A stretch of DNA of 64,000 bases, taken from contig JAUVXV010000003.1 in the NCBI GenBank assembly GCA_030603365.1, positions 96,001 to 160,000 on the forward strand, read 5' to 3'. A program made the translations under genes and the position numbers. Position 1 is the stretch's first letter, and each line of letters opens with the position of its first letter. Of the stretch, positions 36,971 through 47,519 are shown piece after piece. The notes beneath the pieces are model-generated. The model was not told the DNA's origin and made no database searches. It worked only from the letters and a program-made list of their open reading frames with translations. Source of the DNA: Candidatus Heimdallarchaeota archaeon. GTDB taxonomy: Archaea > Asgardarchaeota > Heimdallarchaeia > Heimdallarchaeales > Heimdallarchaeaceae.

Positions 36971-39940
36971 ATGTCTGGTACTGGTCAACAACCTCCAGCT
37001 CTGTTTTTAGGTACAGAGCATTCAACAGATGAACCCGTTTATTTGCCATTAAAAGCACTTAATAGACACATTAGTGTTTTTGGACAATCTGGTAGTGGTA
37101 AAACCGTAGCTTGTAAAATTTTGATAGAAGAAGCAGTTAGAAATGACATCCCAGCTATTATTATCGATCCTCAAGGAGATATCAGCAGTTTAGCAATGGT
37201 TGAGGATTATGAGAAGCTAAAACCATATGGGATTTCAGAAGAGTTCTACAAACAATACAAGGATAAAGTAGAAGTAGTTATTTTTACTCCAGCATCAGAA
37301 AAAGGGATTCCTCTATCTATTAATCCTCTAATTATGCCTCCACAAGAACTTGACAGAGAGGAGAAAATTCTAGCAATAGATGGTATTGCTACAACTATGG
37401 CAAATGTATTAAGATACAAACTTAATTCAGAGAAAGGAGGGGCAGTTAAAGCTTATCTTGTATCTCTTTTTGAGCAATGTTTGGAAAAAGACATTTTGAT
37501 TGCAGATTTCGAGATGTTGATTGATTTAATAAAAACAGAGGAAGCTTATCTATCCGATAGCATCCGATCACTATTGTCAACAAAAGAGAAAGAATCATTG
37601 ATTAAGAGAATAAAATCAGTAAATGTAGGTGCTTCTTCGCTTGTATTCAATCTAGGTCCTAAATTATCTGTTCAGACATTAATTAGATCAACAAATCCTG
37701 ATAAAATAAGAATAGCGATTATATTTCTAAATACTCTTTCTAGTCTGAGATTAAGGGAATTGTATATTACAACTCTAGCCCAGAGTCTTTATACTTTCAT
37801 CCGCTCTAATCCTTCAGATGATCCTCAACTAATATTCTATATAGATGAATTAGCAGGACCACCTCAGCTTATACCTCCTCATCCTAAAAACCCTCCAACA
37901 AAACAATGGCTTCAGTTGCTGTTTAAACAAGGTCGTAAATATGGTTTATCAATGCTAGTTGCTACTCAGAATGTTAGTGATGTTGATTACAAATCCTTTG
38001 GACAAGTGAGCACCTTTCTTTTTGGTAGATTTGTAACTCCCCAAGATTTGAGAATTGTGGATAAAATGTTACAATCTCATCCTGAAGCTAGATATATTGT
38101 TGATCAGCTTCAAAAATTCAGAAGCGGTGAATTCTATATTCTTTCACCAGACAATTTCAAAGCTCCCGTTCACATTTTAACCAGAAGATTATATTCGGTT
38201 CATAAAACACTGTCAGATGAAGATGTAGCAAAAATGTATGAATTGCCTCCCCCAACGTTGTGTAAACAAATTGGAGATTATGATCACGATATAGATTCAG
38301 TAGATTTTGAAGACATAGAAAAGGAGTTAAATTTAGAAGATTTAGAGAAAGAGCTATCAGCTATTCGAAAACTGACTAAGACTTCTAGTCTATTAGATAA
38401 GCAAGTTGATATCGAACCTGAAGAAGATGAAGATGAACTAGAAACAGACGAAGAATCAGCAGAAAAAGAAGAGCTTACAATAAGTGAACCAGTTGATGAG
38501 ACAGTAATAATCGAGTCAATAGATCTGAGTCATATCGTTGGTTCAATGGGTGAACAGTTTCTTAAGTATGAACCTGTTGATTTTAAAGAACTTTTACAGA
38601 AGTTTTTTGGAAGAGAAAAAATCAAATACCTTGGTACTGAAAATCTTGAATTAGCTTATCTTCCTTTCCTCTACTTGGATTTCCAAATTAAAGCTGTTCG
38701 ACGAGTAAAGGTTCATTATGCTAATGCAGAAAGGTGGGAAGATATAGCTTTAGAGCAGCCGATAAAACGTATTTTTCCTCTAATTGATAGAATTGAATAC
38801 AGTGATGGTGAAAAGATTTGGAATGAAACAAATATTCCAATTCAACCTGAAGAGATTTTCGAAGAATTAATCTCAATTCTTCCAATGAAGAATTTGGGGA
38901 GTTTATTTGCTCCTTCTTCATCTAATATCAAGAAACTGGAGGTTCAACGTAGTCCCGAGAGCATCCTAGAATCTTTCCATGATGTGCTATTAATAGACCA
39001 AACTTTCTATGTAGATACTTGGAGCAAGGCAATTAACGAAGGTTTGCTTAAAATAGAAGATGATCATGAAGCGGAAATTAAAAGTTGGATGGATGAACTG
39101 GAAAAAGAAAGAGAACAAATATGGACTATAATTGATGATAAAAGGAAGAAAGTCAAGCAATTTAAAGCTAAAATTGAAGAAGCAAAAGCTATTTACGTTA
39201 CCCTTAAGCCTCTAATGGAAGATAAATTCAAATATAAGAGTACAGCTGAAGTCGGTAATTATAATAAAGCAGTGGAAACAATCAAATTTGGTCCAGAGGT
39301 TGTGAAAAATTTCGTTAAGGATGTAGAAAAGGGTATAACTAGGATTAAAGAGATAGACAAGATGTTTAAAGCTTCTCCAAAAGTAAAATTGTTAGATGAG
39401 AGCAAGCACATCATCAATAAAAGAGATTTTATTACTCCAAAGTCATCAGAGATGAAAGAAATCTATGCTGCATTAGTTTATATTCCTGTTTCTTTAGCTA
39501 AGATATCTATTGTTGACTCTCAAGGAAACAAAATTCAAGTAAATGGTATCGCTGAATCTGTTCTAGGCACAGAGGTTCATCTATTATGTGATGTGTGTTT
39601 AAGTAAGCATTCTGCTAAAATGCTCTTCGTTTCAACTCCTGATGTTTGTTCAGTCTGTGGGAAGGTTCTATGTCAAGATCATACTATTGTTGACAGCGTA
39701 ACAAAATCGATTTTATGCTCTGAACATGCAGTTGTCTGTTCTTATTGTCAAAATGTAGTTTCATCAGAGAAAGGAACAAAGTGCGATTTCTGTGATGACT
39801 ATGTGTGTGAAGAACATATATTCCGATGTTCGTCATGTAAGAAAGTTCTTTGTAAGAAACATTCAAAAGAGATAGAGAAGAAAGGGATGTTTAAAGAAGA
39901 AAAACTTTACAAATGCCCTGATCATGTCAAAAGGAAGTGA
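36971..39940 (+). CDS. HerA/FtsK/VirB4-superfamily (DUF87) ATPase with coiled coil and C-terminal Cys/His Zn-finger array
   Basis: RHISVFGQSGSGKT, IIDPQGD, YIDE, GRKYG, ATQ; repeated CxxC-x3-4-CxxH at the C-terminus. Confidence 0.88.
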   Translation: MSGTGQQPPALFLGTEHSTDEPVYLPLKALNRHISVFGQSGSGKTVACKILIEEAVRNDIPAIIIDPQGDISSLAMVEDYEKLKPYGISEEFYKQYKDKVEVVIFTPASEKGIPLSINPLIMPPQELDREEKILAIDGIATTMANVLRYKLNSEKGGAVKAYLVSLFEQCLEKDILIADFEMLIDLIKTEEAYLSDSIRSLLSTKEKESLIKRIKSVNVGASSLVFNLGPKLSVQTLIRSTNPDKIRIAIIFLNTLSSLRLRELYITTLAQSLYTFIRSNPSDDPQLIFYIDELAGPPQLIPPHPKNPPTKQWLQLLFKQGRKYGLSMLVATQNVSDVDYKSFGQVSTFLFGRFVTPQDLRIVDKMLQSHPEARYIVDQLQKFRSGEFYILSPDNFKAPVHILTRRLYSVHKTLSDEDVAKMYELPPPTLCKQIGDYDHDIDSVDFEDIEKELNLEDLEKELSAIRKLTKTSSLLDKQVDIEPEEDEDELETDEESAEKEELTISEPVDETVIIESIDLSHIVGSMGEQFLKYEPVDFKELLQKFFGREKIKYLGTENLELAYLPFLYLDFQIKAVRRVKVHYANAERWEDIALEQPIKRIFPLIDRIEYSDGEKIWNETNIPIQPEEIFEELISILPMKNLGSLFAPSSSNIKKLEVQRSPESILESFHDVLLIDQTFYVDTWSKAINEGLLKIEDDHEAEIKSWMDELEKEREQIWTIIDDKRKKVKQFKAKIEEAKAIYVTLKPLMEDKFKYKSTAEVGNYNKAVETIKFGPEVVKNFVKDVEKGITRIKEIDKMFKASPKVKLLDESKHIINKRDFITPKSSEMKEIYAALVYIPVSLAKISIVDSQGNKIQVNGIAESVLGTEVHLLCDVCLSKHSAKMLFVSTPDVCSVCGKVLCQDHTIVDSVTKSILCSEHAVVCSYCQNVVSSEKGTKCDFCDDYVCEEHIFRCSSCKKVLCKKHSKEIEKKGMFKEEKLYKCPDHVKRK

Positions 39941-40524
39941 CAAATATCTCTAATAAGTATAGAAAAAGACCTTCACTAGTAATTCTATTAGCTGGACTAC
40001 CTGGTACAGGTAAATCGACATTAGCAAGAAAATTAGCTCGTAGATATAGACTCGAACATATCAGTACTGATTCTGTTAGGAAAAGAATTTTTAGAGATGT
40101 AAGAAGAGATCATTTTGGTCGTGGTTCATACTCAAATAGACAAAGGATGGTTGTATATGACACCATATATTATGTAGTTTATACTTTGTTGAAACATAGA
40201 GTCGGTTGTGTCTTGGATGGTACTTTCTATCAGGATAGGATGAGGGCAAAAGTTGGTAGAATCTGTGCTCGGTTCGATGCTAAATTCATCTTAGTAATGG
40301 TAACATGTCCTGATGAAATTATCAAGAAGAGGTTTGAAGAAAGAGAAAAAAGAGAAAGACGAACACTTAGTGACGCTGATTCAAAAATCTATGAGAAATT
40401 TAGACAATTGTTTGAACCCACTAACTTACGTCATATCAAAGTTGATATGGGCACAAATCATGATAAAATCCTAGAATTGATTAGCAATGCTATCTCAGAA
40501 AGAAAAGGTGGAGCTGTTAAGTAA
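39937..40524 (+). CDS. P-loop kinase (AAA_33-like)
   Basis: GLPGTGKST, STDSVRK, VLDGTF, SDAD; GTGA overlap. Confidence 0.85.
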   Translation: MTNISNKYRKRPSLVILLAGLPGTGKSTLARKLARRYRLEHISTDSVRKRIFRDVRRDHFGRGSYSNRQRMVVYDTIYYVVYTLLKHRVGCVLDGTFYQDRMRAKVGRICARFDAKFILVMVTCPDEIIKKRFEEREKRERRTLSDADSKIYEKFRQLFEPTNLRHIKVDMGTNHDKILELISNAISERKGGAVK

Positions 40525-41476
40525 ACCATCAACCTATCCGCATGAAACAGATGTAGAAATCCAAGTTATTGAAACAAATATAAGTTGGGTTTTTCTTACT
40601 GGATCACATGCTTATAAAATGAAGAAAGAAATAAAATTCGGAGAAATTCTTGATTTTTCAACACTGGAAAAGAGACACATTGCATGTGAGAATGAGATAA
40701 TATTCAACAAGAGATTAGCTCCTTCTATTTATCTAGAATATGTTTCACTAAATTCAGATTTACAGATCTCTGGACAAGGTCTGCCTATAGAATATTTAGT
40801 AAAAATGAAACAACTGGAACAAGAAGATTTACTTCTCGAAAAAGTCATAAGAGGGGAAGAAATCTCCGATACTCTACTTGTTACATTGGCTAATGTGATT
40901 TTTAAATTTCATCAGAGGAATGTTATTGACCCTAGTTTCTCAGTTTTTGAGACTATTTATGAGAAATGGGATGAGAATTTTCGAACGACACGAACGTATC
41001 CTAACTTTCCATTTGATAGGGATTTAGAAAAACGAGTATACCAATTTCTAGAGAAGAATAAGACGTATTTTGAAAAACGAGGAATTGAGAAGAAGATTGT
41101 TGATGGTCACGGAGATTTAATATTGGCAAATATCTTTAAATCTGAAGAAAGTGTGATTATTTTTGATTGCATAGAATTTAATGAGATGTTAAGAATTCAA
41201 GATATTTTGGAAGAGGTAGCATTTCTAGCCATGGACTTAGATTTTCATGAAATGCGTAAAAAATCTGATTTATTCTTATCCTCATATCTTGAAAAAACCG
41301 ATGAAAATCTGACTCCTTCATCACCCATATTAAGTTTCTATAAATCGTATAGAGCGTATGTGAGAGCAAAAGTATATTTCTCTCAATCATTACAAGAACA
41401 ATCTGAGCAAAAGAAAACTGAAGTTGAAGAACTTTCGTTGAAATATATGGAATTAGCTTCATCTTATCACTTCTAA
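40487..41476 (+). CDS. aminoglycoside phosphotransferase-like kinase
   Basis: IETNISWVFL..AYKMKK, DFSTLEKR, HGDL...NI, FDCIEFN, YRAYVRAKV. Confidence 0.88.
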   Translation: MLSQKEKVELLSKPSTYPHETDVEIQVIETNISWVFLTGSHAYKMKKEIKFGEILDFSTLEKRHIACENEIIFNKRLAPSIYLEYVSLNSDLQISGQGLPIEYLVKMKQLEQEDLLLEKVIRGEEISDTLLVTLANVIFKFHQRNVIDPSFSVFETIYEKWDENFRTTRTYPNFPFDRDLEKRVYQFLEKNKTYFEKRGIEKKIVDGHGDLILANIFKSEESVIIFDCIEFNEMLRIQDILEEVAFLAMDLDFHEMRKKSDLFLSSYLEKTDENLTPSSPILSFYKSYRAYVRAKVYFSQSLQEQSEQKKTEVEELSLKYMELASSYHF

Positions 41477-41490
41477 AAACTGTGAACAAT

Positions 41491-42360
41491 ATGTCTAATA
41501 TTGATGTTAAAATTGGTTGTCATGTATCAATTGCAAAATCAGTAGATTTAGCAGTAGACAGAGCTGTTCAAATCAATGGTAATACATTTCAGATTTTTAC
41601 TAAAAATCCTAGAGGATGGTCAGCTAAAATACTCAATGAAGAAGAAGTTCAACAGTTTCGTTTAAAGCTAAAAAAACATGAGATAACCCATGTTTTTGGT
41701 CATATCTCTTATTTACCAAACCTTGCTTCTACAGATTCAGAAATATATTCAAAGTCTATTCGTTCATTTCTCAACGAAATTGAGAGGTGTGTTACCTTAG
41801 GAGTTTCTTACTTTGTTGTTCATGGGGGTTCATACAAAAGTAGTACATTTGATAAAGGTATGAAACGATATATTGATTCTATTTTGAAGGGTATAGATCA
41901 AGCTAAAGGGAAGGTTGTAATCCTCATCGAAAATTCCTCTGGTGGTGTTAATTCACTAACAGGTACATTTGATAATATAAGCGTAATCTTAGATGAAATA
42001 GCAGATAAAAGTGCAGTGCAAGTGTGCTTAGATACCTGTCATGCTTTTAGTTCAGGATATGATTTGCGTACTGAAAAATCTGTTAGTAAAACTATTAATG
42101 ATATGGAAACACATATCGGATTAAGTAATATCTCTCTTATTCACGCTAATGATTCTCTCGGAAAACTTAACTCTAATAGAGATAGACATCAGCATTTAGG
42201 TCTAGGAGAAATAGGAGAGCAAGGATTCAAAGCAATGATCAATCATAGAAATTTACAAGAGAAACCATGGATTCTTGAAACACCTATAAATGAAATTAGA
42301 GGAGATACTGAAAATATTGAATACTTACGCTCTTTAATTGAAAAAGATAGTAACAATTAG
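41491..42360 (+). CDS. nfo: endonuclease IV (AP endonuclease family 2)
   Basis: GCHVS, FQIF..NPR.W, H..Y..NL, IEN, CLDTCHAF, HAND, DRH, ILETP. Confidence 0.95.
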   Translation: MSNIDVKIGCHVSIAKSVDLAVDRAVQINGNTFQIFTKNPRGWSAKILNEEEVQQFRLKLKKHEITHVFGHISYLPNLASTDSEIYSKSIRSFLNEIERCVTLGVSYFVVHGGSYKSSTFDKGMKRYIDSILKGIDQAKGKVVILIENSSGGVNSLTGTFDNISVILDEIADKSAVQVCLDTCHAFSSGYDLRTEKSVSKTINDMETHIGLSNISLIHANDSLGKLNSNRDRHQHLGLGEIGEQGFKAMINHRNLQEKPWILETPINEIRGDTENIEYLRSLIEKDSNN

Positions 42361-42965
42361 AAGAGAGGAGGGAATATTTGATTGAATACTATAGCAAATA
42401 ATACTGCAAGAGCTATTGAATAAAGTCCTGCGAGGAATGAGGGTGCTATTTTTGGTGTTCTCTTCTCACCTGGACGAATATCTGTATCAATAAATCTTCC
42501 AGTTGAATCATCTAATGATTGACCTGTTGCCATCTCACTAATAATTTTCTTCTTTCTTAATACTTGAACCTCTTTCTTGACTTCCTCAAAATCTGCAGCT
42601 TTGAATCTAAGAAATTTTCGTTCAAAAAAGAAGGAAGTTTTAACCCATAACCACAGTGCTTGCATATAATCAAGAGATGTTGAGAATCCATATAATAAAG
42701 CAGAACCACCATACAAGAATAGAAACAGTACAGTTGTGTTCAAAGAACCACTGTTAAAACCAAGCCCTAGAAGAATTCCTGTTAACATGGCTGAAAACCA
42801 TAATATGGATGCTAGAAGCCATGAAGATAATGGCATTTTCATCATATTATCATATAAAATACCTGCTTTGGAAGATTGAAAAGAATAACCACAATATGGG
42901 CATTTGAAAGTTGTTTTATCATCTAAAAGACTAATTTCTTCTAATCTGCAGAATCTACAATCCAT
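42357..42965 (-). CDS. Zn-ribbon membrane protein
   Basis: CRFC...CPYC followed by three hydrophobic segments. Confidence 0.75.
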   Translation of the reverse strand: MDCRFCRLEEISLLDDKTTFKCPYCGYSFQSSKAGILYDNMMKMPLSSWLLASILWFSAMLTGILLGLGFNSGSLNTTVLFLFLYGGSALLYGFSTSLDYMQALWLWVKTSFFFERKFLRFKAADFEEVKKEVQVLRKKKIISEMATGQSLDDSTGRFIDTDIRPGEKRTPKIAPSFLAGLYSIALAVLFAIVFNQIFPPLF

Positions 42966-43061
42966 ACTTGATCACCGATTATTACAAAGAAGATAATTGT
43001 GAAGACTTTATATTCTTTGCGGAATTACCCCATAAGTCGATATATAAAATCTTTTCTCTGT

Positions 43062-43982
43062 TTAAGAGAAGAGAGAGTGAATGTGTTCGTCAAGTTGATA
43101 AGGTTCTAAGTCCTTCTTGTGCTTATTGAGATAATCTTGAATGAGAGAAGAAAGCCTTCTAGCCTCAGGTAGAGCTAATTCATCCTTAACTGCTATAGAT
43201 ATAACATGTTCATTTTCTTCTGTGATGAAATAAAAATAAGGTTCAATTTTAATGACTTTAAATTTCTCATGGCCTAATAATTCATTTGTAAATCCGCTTA
43301 GAGCTCTCAAATAACCAACAAACATACTAGGGTCATCAACAACTTGGTTTGGATCAAATAAACTAATCATGTTTCCATTTAAATCAGAGATAAGAACTGC
43401 TTCAGGAGTTATATCTTGCACTTCCATAAGTTGCTTAACTTTTGTAGTAAACCATTTCATTGCGTAATCAATATTTTCGTTTTCTCTGATTGAGGTTTTA
43501 AAGATTTGAAAAGATAAATTAGAATAGTTGGACATTTTTGTCAGGTTCATTGTATTAATAATCTGTTCTAAATTCATGGAATTCTTGAGGTCTGCTTTGT
43601 TAGCTAAGAAAAGAATTACTTTATCTGAATAGTACCCCTTTAACCATTCGTCTACCATAATCCAGAACCACTTAGTAGCTTCATCCATCTGTTCATTATC
43701 AGTTGAATCTAAAACAAAAATTATACCTACAGAGGTCATAGCATAAGATTTCCAGATGGTTGAACGATAAGATTTTTGTCCTGATATATCAAATATATTA
43801 AAGGTCAAATCCCCTATTTTTATTTGTTCAAAATTCACACCTACTGAAGGTTTTGGTCTAGTAAACTTCTCAACTTTAAACCAATTGACTAGAGTAGTTT
43901 TTCCAACATATGGTAAACCTATAATGGTAATCGGAATACCTTTCTTCTTTAACCTAAGTAAATCGTCCATTCCTTCTCTCAA
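43062..43982 (-). CDS. Arf/Sar-like small GTPase with C-terminal longin/roadblock-like domain
   Basis: GLPYVGKT, PSVG, DISGQ, NKAD, TSI; GGAGG SD. Confidence 0.9.
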   Translation of the reverse strand: MREGMDDLLRLKKKGIPITIIGLPYVGKTTLVNWFKVEKFTRPKPSVGVNFEQIKIGDLTFNIFDISGQKSYRSTIWKSYAMTSVGIIFVLDSTDNEQMDEATKWFWIMVDEWLKGYYSDKVILFLANKADLKNSMNLEQIINTMNLTKMSNYSNLSFQIFKTSIRENENIDYAMKWFTTKVKQLMEVQDITPEAVLISDLNGNMISLFDPNQVVDDPSMFVGYLRALSGFTNELLGHEKFKVIKIEPYFYFITEENEHVISIAVKDELALPEARRLSSLIQDYLNKHKKDLEPYQLDEHIHSLFS

Positions 43983-44050
43983 AAAATATCCTCCCCAAGT
44001 GTTTTAAATATTAAGATTGAGGAATAAGAAAAAGAAATAGAAAAGATTAT

Positions 44051-46345
44051 TTAGAGATTTAGAACGAAATAATCTAACGTATTTATTAAATCTTGATATG
44101 GAACTGGTTGTTTTTTTCTTCGATTGCGGATTGCTTTAGCATTTTCTCTACAAAAGAGAGAAAAAGTATAAATCATCTTAGGTAATTCTTTCTGCCCCTC
44201 TAAGTAGTCAATGATTTTTCCTACTGTTTCACTGACTTCATAGAATAAATTCCCAGCCTTTGAGTACCAACCTGTTGCTATATCTGATTTTTTAGCTAGA
44301 TGGTATACCTCACCCAGTAGAACATTTCTTATCGCTTCGAAAGTCTTTTTAATTACAGGACCAAAGACATTTCTTCTTTTTACGAAATCCCAATTAATTA
44401 GATTACCCTTAATGGACACGTCTTTGTTTATTGCGATCAACTCTTGTGTATCTAATAAAATTAGATCTAATAATTCATTAAATTCCTTCATCTCAGAAAA
44501 CTGCATCTCAACAGCTTCTGCAAGAAATTTTGGCACTGATTCTGCTTCAGCTGTTAAATCTATCAATTCTTCAATAAACTTTCGAACTACATTTTTATAG
44601 GTACTTTGAAGACCTAATGAAACCAAACTTGACTCAGTGACCATACCTACAGTTTTTGTTTCCACCATTCGATCATTAATCAGATTATTCAATTCCTTTT
44701 CTTTTCTTTTGAGTCCTGTTAGGCTTTGATCTGCTTTCTTTGCAAAATAGTGGCTTCTAGCCCGTAGAATTAAATCTAGAACTATGTTATTATCAGCATA
44801 GAGATAGATTTTGTTTTCAGCAATCAATGACTTCAGATAATTTCTGATAGCAAGAACCTTCTTTCTATGATCATCTCTCTCAGGAAGGAAAGGAGGAAGC
44901 AACTCTATTGCTTTTTCAAGGTAAGAAAGTTTTTCGTCTAATTCTTCTAATTCATCTAAACTCGCTTCTGGGTTCTCATCATCAATTTCTAAGAGATCTA
45001 GATGAACTTCTGAAAGAGCTGAGTTCATCGCTTTAAGAGGAAAATTGAATTGAGAAATCAATCTGTCTATAATATTAAGATGGGATAGATCTCGTCCCAA
45101 CAATTCTGTTATAATACTTGAGGCTGATGAATAAGCTACACTAACGCCATAGATGAAAGGTAATGATCCTGCTGATTCAATCTTTTGAAGTAGTTTTTCT
45201 ATATCCACACATTTTTCTAAAGCTTTTTCGCCATCTTGTTTATACAGATTATCTATTAAAGAAGAATAATTTAGACCTAATTCGGTTAGAGATTCTAGTA
45301 TTTTTAATTCTGATTCATCTTGTTGCAGTCTTTTAAGAATAATTATACTTTCTGGATTGTCTGTGGAAATCAGCAATTTACATGCCTTATTGTATTCTTT
45401 CAATGCTTTGTCATAATAAGAAGCTGCATGCTCCAAATCACCTATCTCTAATGCATTTTGTGCAAGAAACTTAAAATGTTGTACTAAAGAAATTGAAGAA
45501 TGAGCATCAACTATTGGTAAAAATTCATTTTGAATTGTAATTGCCCTACTTCCTTGAGTTTCTTTCGTTTTGCTGAGATAATCTATTGTAGTTTCGAAAT
45601 GCTCTCTTGCATGATCTAAGATTGACAGTTCAGAGATTGGATCTCTCCACCAAAAGTCTTGAGCAGCCTTTCTAGAAATATCAATTATATGAGAAAGTAA
45701 TGTAACACCTTGAAGATAATCATATTCACTTTTTACAAGAAGAACTTTAGGGTCATCTTTGCTATTCGGAAGATTATCATAAATAGGGAGAAGTCGTTTT
45801 AGATTTTCCAATTGCACAAGTGGCATAATAACCCGTAAGAGGTCTTCTTTTGTTGGAGAAGGGGTGAATCCTTCAGTTTCAACCACTGGCAATTGATCGT
45901 TAAGGATTCTATACAATATCCTATCTATCGATTCTTTTGAAGTTATATAGTAAATATACTGACTACTTGAAGGAGAATGATTGAAAACCCCTCTATTTCT
46001 TACTTGAGAATAAACATATGTGAGAACACTCAATTGGAGTTCAAATTGGTTTAAAGCCATAATTTGATTTCTAAAATCTCCATAGAGTAATTGGTGAAGA
46101 GGGAGAGGGTTTTCTTTTCCTTGTATTACATCATTAATTACGTCATACACTCTCTCAACTGCCATATCTGCAAGACTATTGATCGCAGATAAATTTCGAG
46201 CACAAGATTCTGCAAAAGATATCCAAGCTTCAGAAATCTCTTTAGGTTCATCTAAAGTAGTAAAAGAACGATAAAGAGTATCTCTTTCTAATTCCATTTC
46301 TACGAATTTGTTGAAAGGTCGTGTATCCAATAGGGAAAGATGCAT
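44051..46345 (-). CDS. large all-helical hypothetical protein (TPR/solenoid-like)
   Basis: 764 aa, Leu/Glu/Lys-rich; A..YY.KA patterns; no catalytic motif seen. Confidence 0.7.
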   Translation of the reverse strand: MHLSLLDTRPFNKFVEMELERDTLYRSFTTLDEPKEISEAWISFAESCARNLSAINSLADMAVERVYDVINDVIQGKENPLPLHQLLYGDFRNQIMALNQFELQLSVLTYVYSQVRNRGVFNHSPSSSQYIYYITSKESIDRILYRILNDQLPVVETEGFTPSPTKEDLLRVIMPLVQLENLKRLLPIYDNLPNSKDDPKVLLVKSEYDYLQGVTLLSHIIDISRKAAQDFWWRDPISELSILDHAREHFETTIDYLSKTKETQGSRAITIQNEFLPIVDAHSSISLVQHFKFLAQNALEIGDLEHAASYYDKALKEYNKACKLLISTDNPESIIILKRLQQDESELKILESLTELGLNYSSLIDNLYKQDGEKALEKCVDIEKLLQKIESAGSLPFIYGVSVAYSSASSIITELLGRDLSHLNIIDRLISQFNFPLKAMNSALSEVHLDLLEIDDENPEASLDELEELDEKLSYLEKAIELLPPFLPERDDHRKKVLAIRNYLKSLIAENKIYLYADNNIVLDLILRARSHYFAKKADQSLTGLKRKEKELNNLINDRMVETKTVGMVTESSLVSLGLQSTYKNVVRKFIEELIDLTAEAESVPKFLAEAVEMQFSEMKEFNELLDLILLDTQELIAINKDVSIKGNLINWDFVKRRNVFGPVIKKTFEAIRNVLLGEVYHLAKKSDIATGWYSKAGNLFYEVSETVGKIIDYLEGQKELPKMIYTFSLFCRENAKAIRNRRKKQPVPYQDLINTLDYFVLNL

Positions 46346-46431
46346 AATAGAAGATACATTTTAACTTCAATAAATGTTTTGCATTGAATTCGATGCACAA
46401 AATCTAAATATTCTCTCTTAAATCTGATATT

Positions 46432-47517
46432 GTGAAACCTTTAGATTTTCTAAAAAGACAAGAACTTATTCAAGGGAAACTACAGTCTCAAAACATCGAT
46501 ATGTTAATGATTCCTCCGTCTATTAACTTCTTCTACATGTTTAAGGGTTATCTTCAATTGAGTGAAAGATTGATTTGTGGAATTATCGATAGAAATGAAG
46601 ATTCTATAATAATCGCACCATCTTTTGAGAAGGAGAATATGAAAATACAAACAACTTTTGATGATGTAATTACATGGAAAGAGGAAGAAGATCCATATAT
46701 TATCCTTAAGCAAGCACTATCCTATGAACCTAAAAAAATAGCTTTAGAACCTTCCACTCCTTTCAATGTTTATACAAGACTCAAGAAACAGTTTCCTTCT
46801 GCTGAATTTGTAGATGGGGGTTTATTTCTTAATGAATTAAGAACTATAAAAACTGAAGCAGAAGTTCAGAGAATGATTCAAGCAGCTGAGCATACAGCCG
46901 AAGGTATAACAAAAACACTAGATTCTATAAAAGAAGGACAAACTGAACTGGAAATACTTAAGTTAGCACAAAAACAGTTGTCTAATCTTTCTGGTGAAAT
47001 GAGTTGGTTTTTAGTACAAATTGATGAAAACAGTGCAGTTCCACATGGTAAGCCATCAAATAAGAAACTAAAGAAAAATAGTGTAGTATTAATAGACGCT
47101 GGAACAACATGTGATCATTATTTTGCAGACATTACAGTAACAAGCGTTCATGGTAATGCATCAGAGGAGTTTCTCAAAGTCTATGCCATAGTAGAAGAAG
47201 CTAACAATGCTGCACTTGAGAAATCAAAAGCCGGAGTCCCAGCAGAAGAAGTAGATTTTGCTGCTAGAGGAGTGATTGAAAAAGCTAGATATGGCGAATA
47301 TTTCACTCACCGATTAGGACATGGTTTGGGACTTCAAGTTCATGAAGAACCTTACATAGTCAAGGGTAATAGAGAACCGCTAGTTAAAGGGAATGTGCAT
47401 ACTGATGAACCTGGAATATATATACCTGGTAAATTTGGTATTCGCATAGAAGATGATGTTTTAGTTCAAGAGAAATCCAAACGATTAGTTGAATTTGATA
47501 GATATCTGTGGAAATAA
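46432..47517 (+). CDS. pepQ: Xaa-Pro peptidase (M24B)
   Basis: PHG, IDAG...Y.ADIT, HRLGHGLGL.VHEEP, EPGIY, GIRIEDD. Confidence 0.92.
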   Translation: MKPLDFLKRQELIQGKLQSQNIDMLMIPPSINFFYMFKGYLQLSERLICGIIDRNEDSIIIAPSFEKENMKIQTTFDDVITWKEEEDPYIILKQALSYEPKKIALEPSTPFNVYTRLKKQFPSAEFVDGGLFLNELRTIKTEAEVQRMIQAAEHTAEGITKTLDSIKEGQTELEILKLAQKQLSNLSGEMSWFLVQIDENSAVPHGKPSNKKLKKNSVVLIDAGTTCDHYFADITVTSVHGNASEEFLKVYAIVEEANNAALEKSKAGVPAEEVDFAARGVIEKARYGEYFTHRLGHGLGLQVHEEPYIVKGNREPLVKGNVHTDEPGIYIPGKFGIRIEDDVLVQEKSKRLVEFDRYLWK

Positions 47518-47519
47518 AC

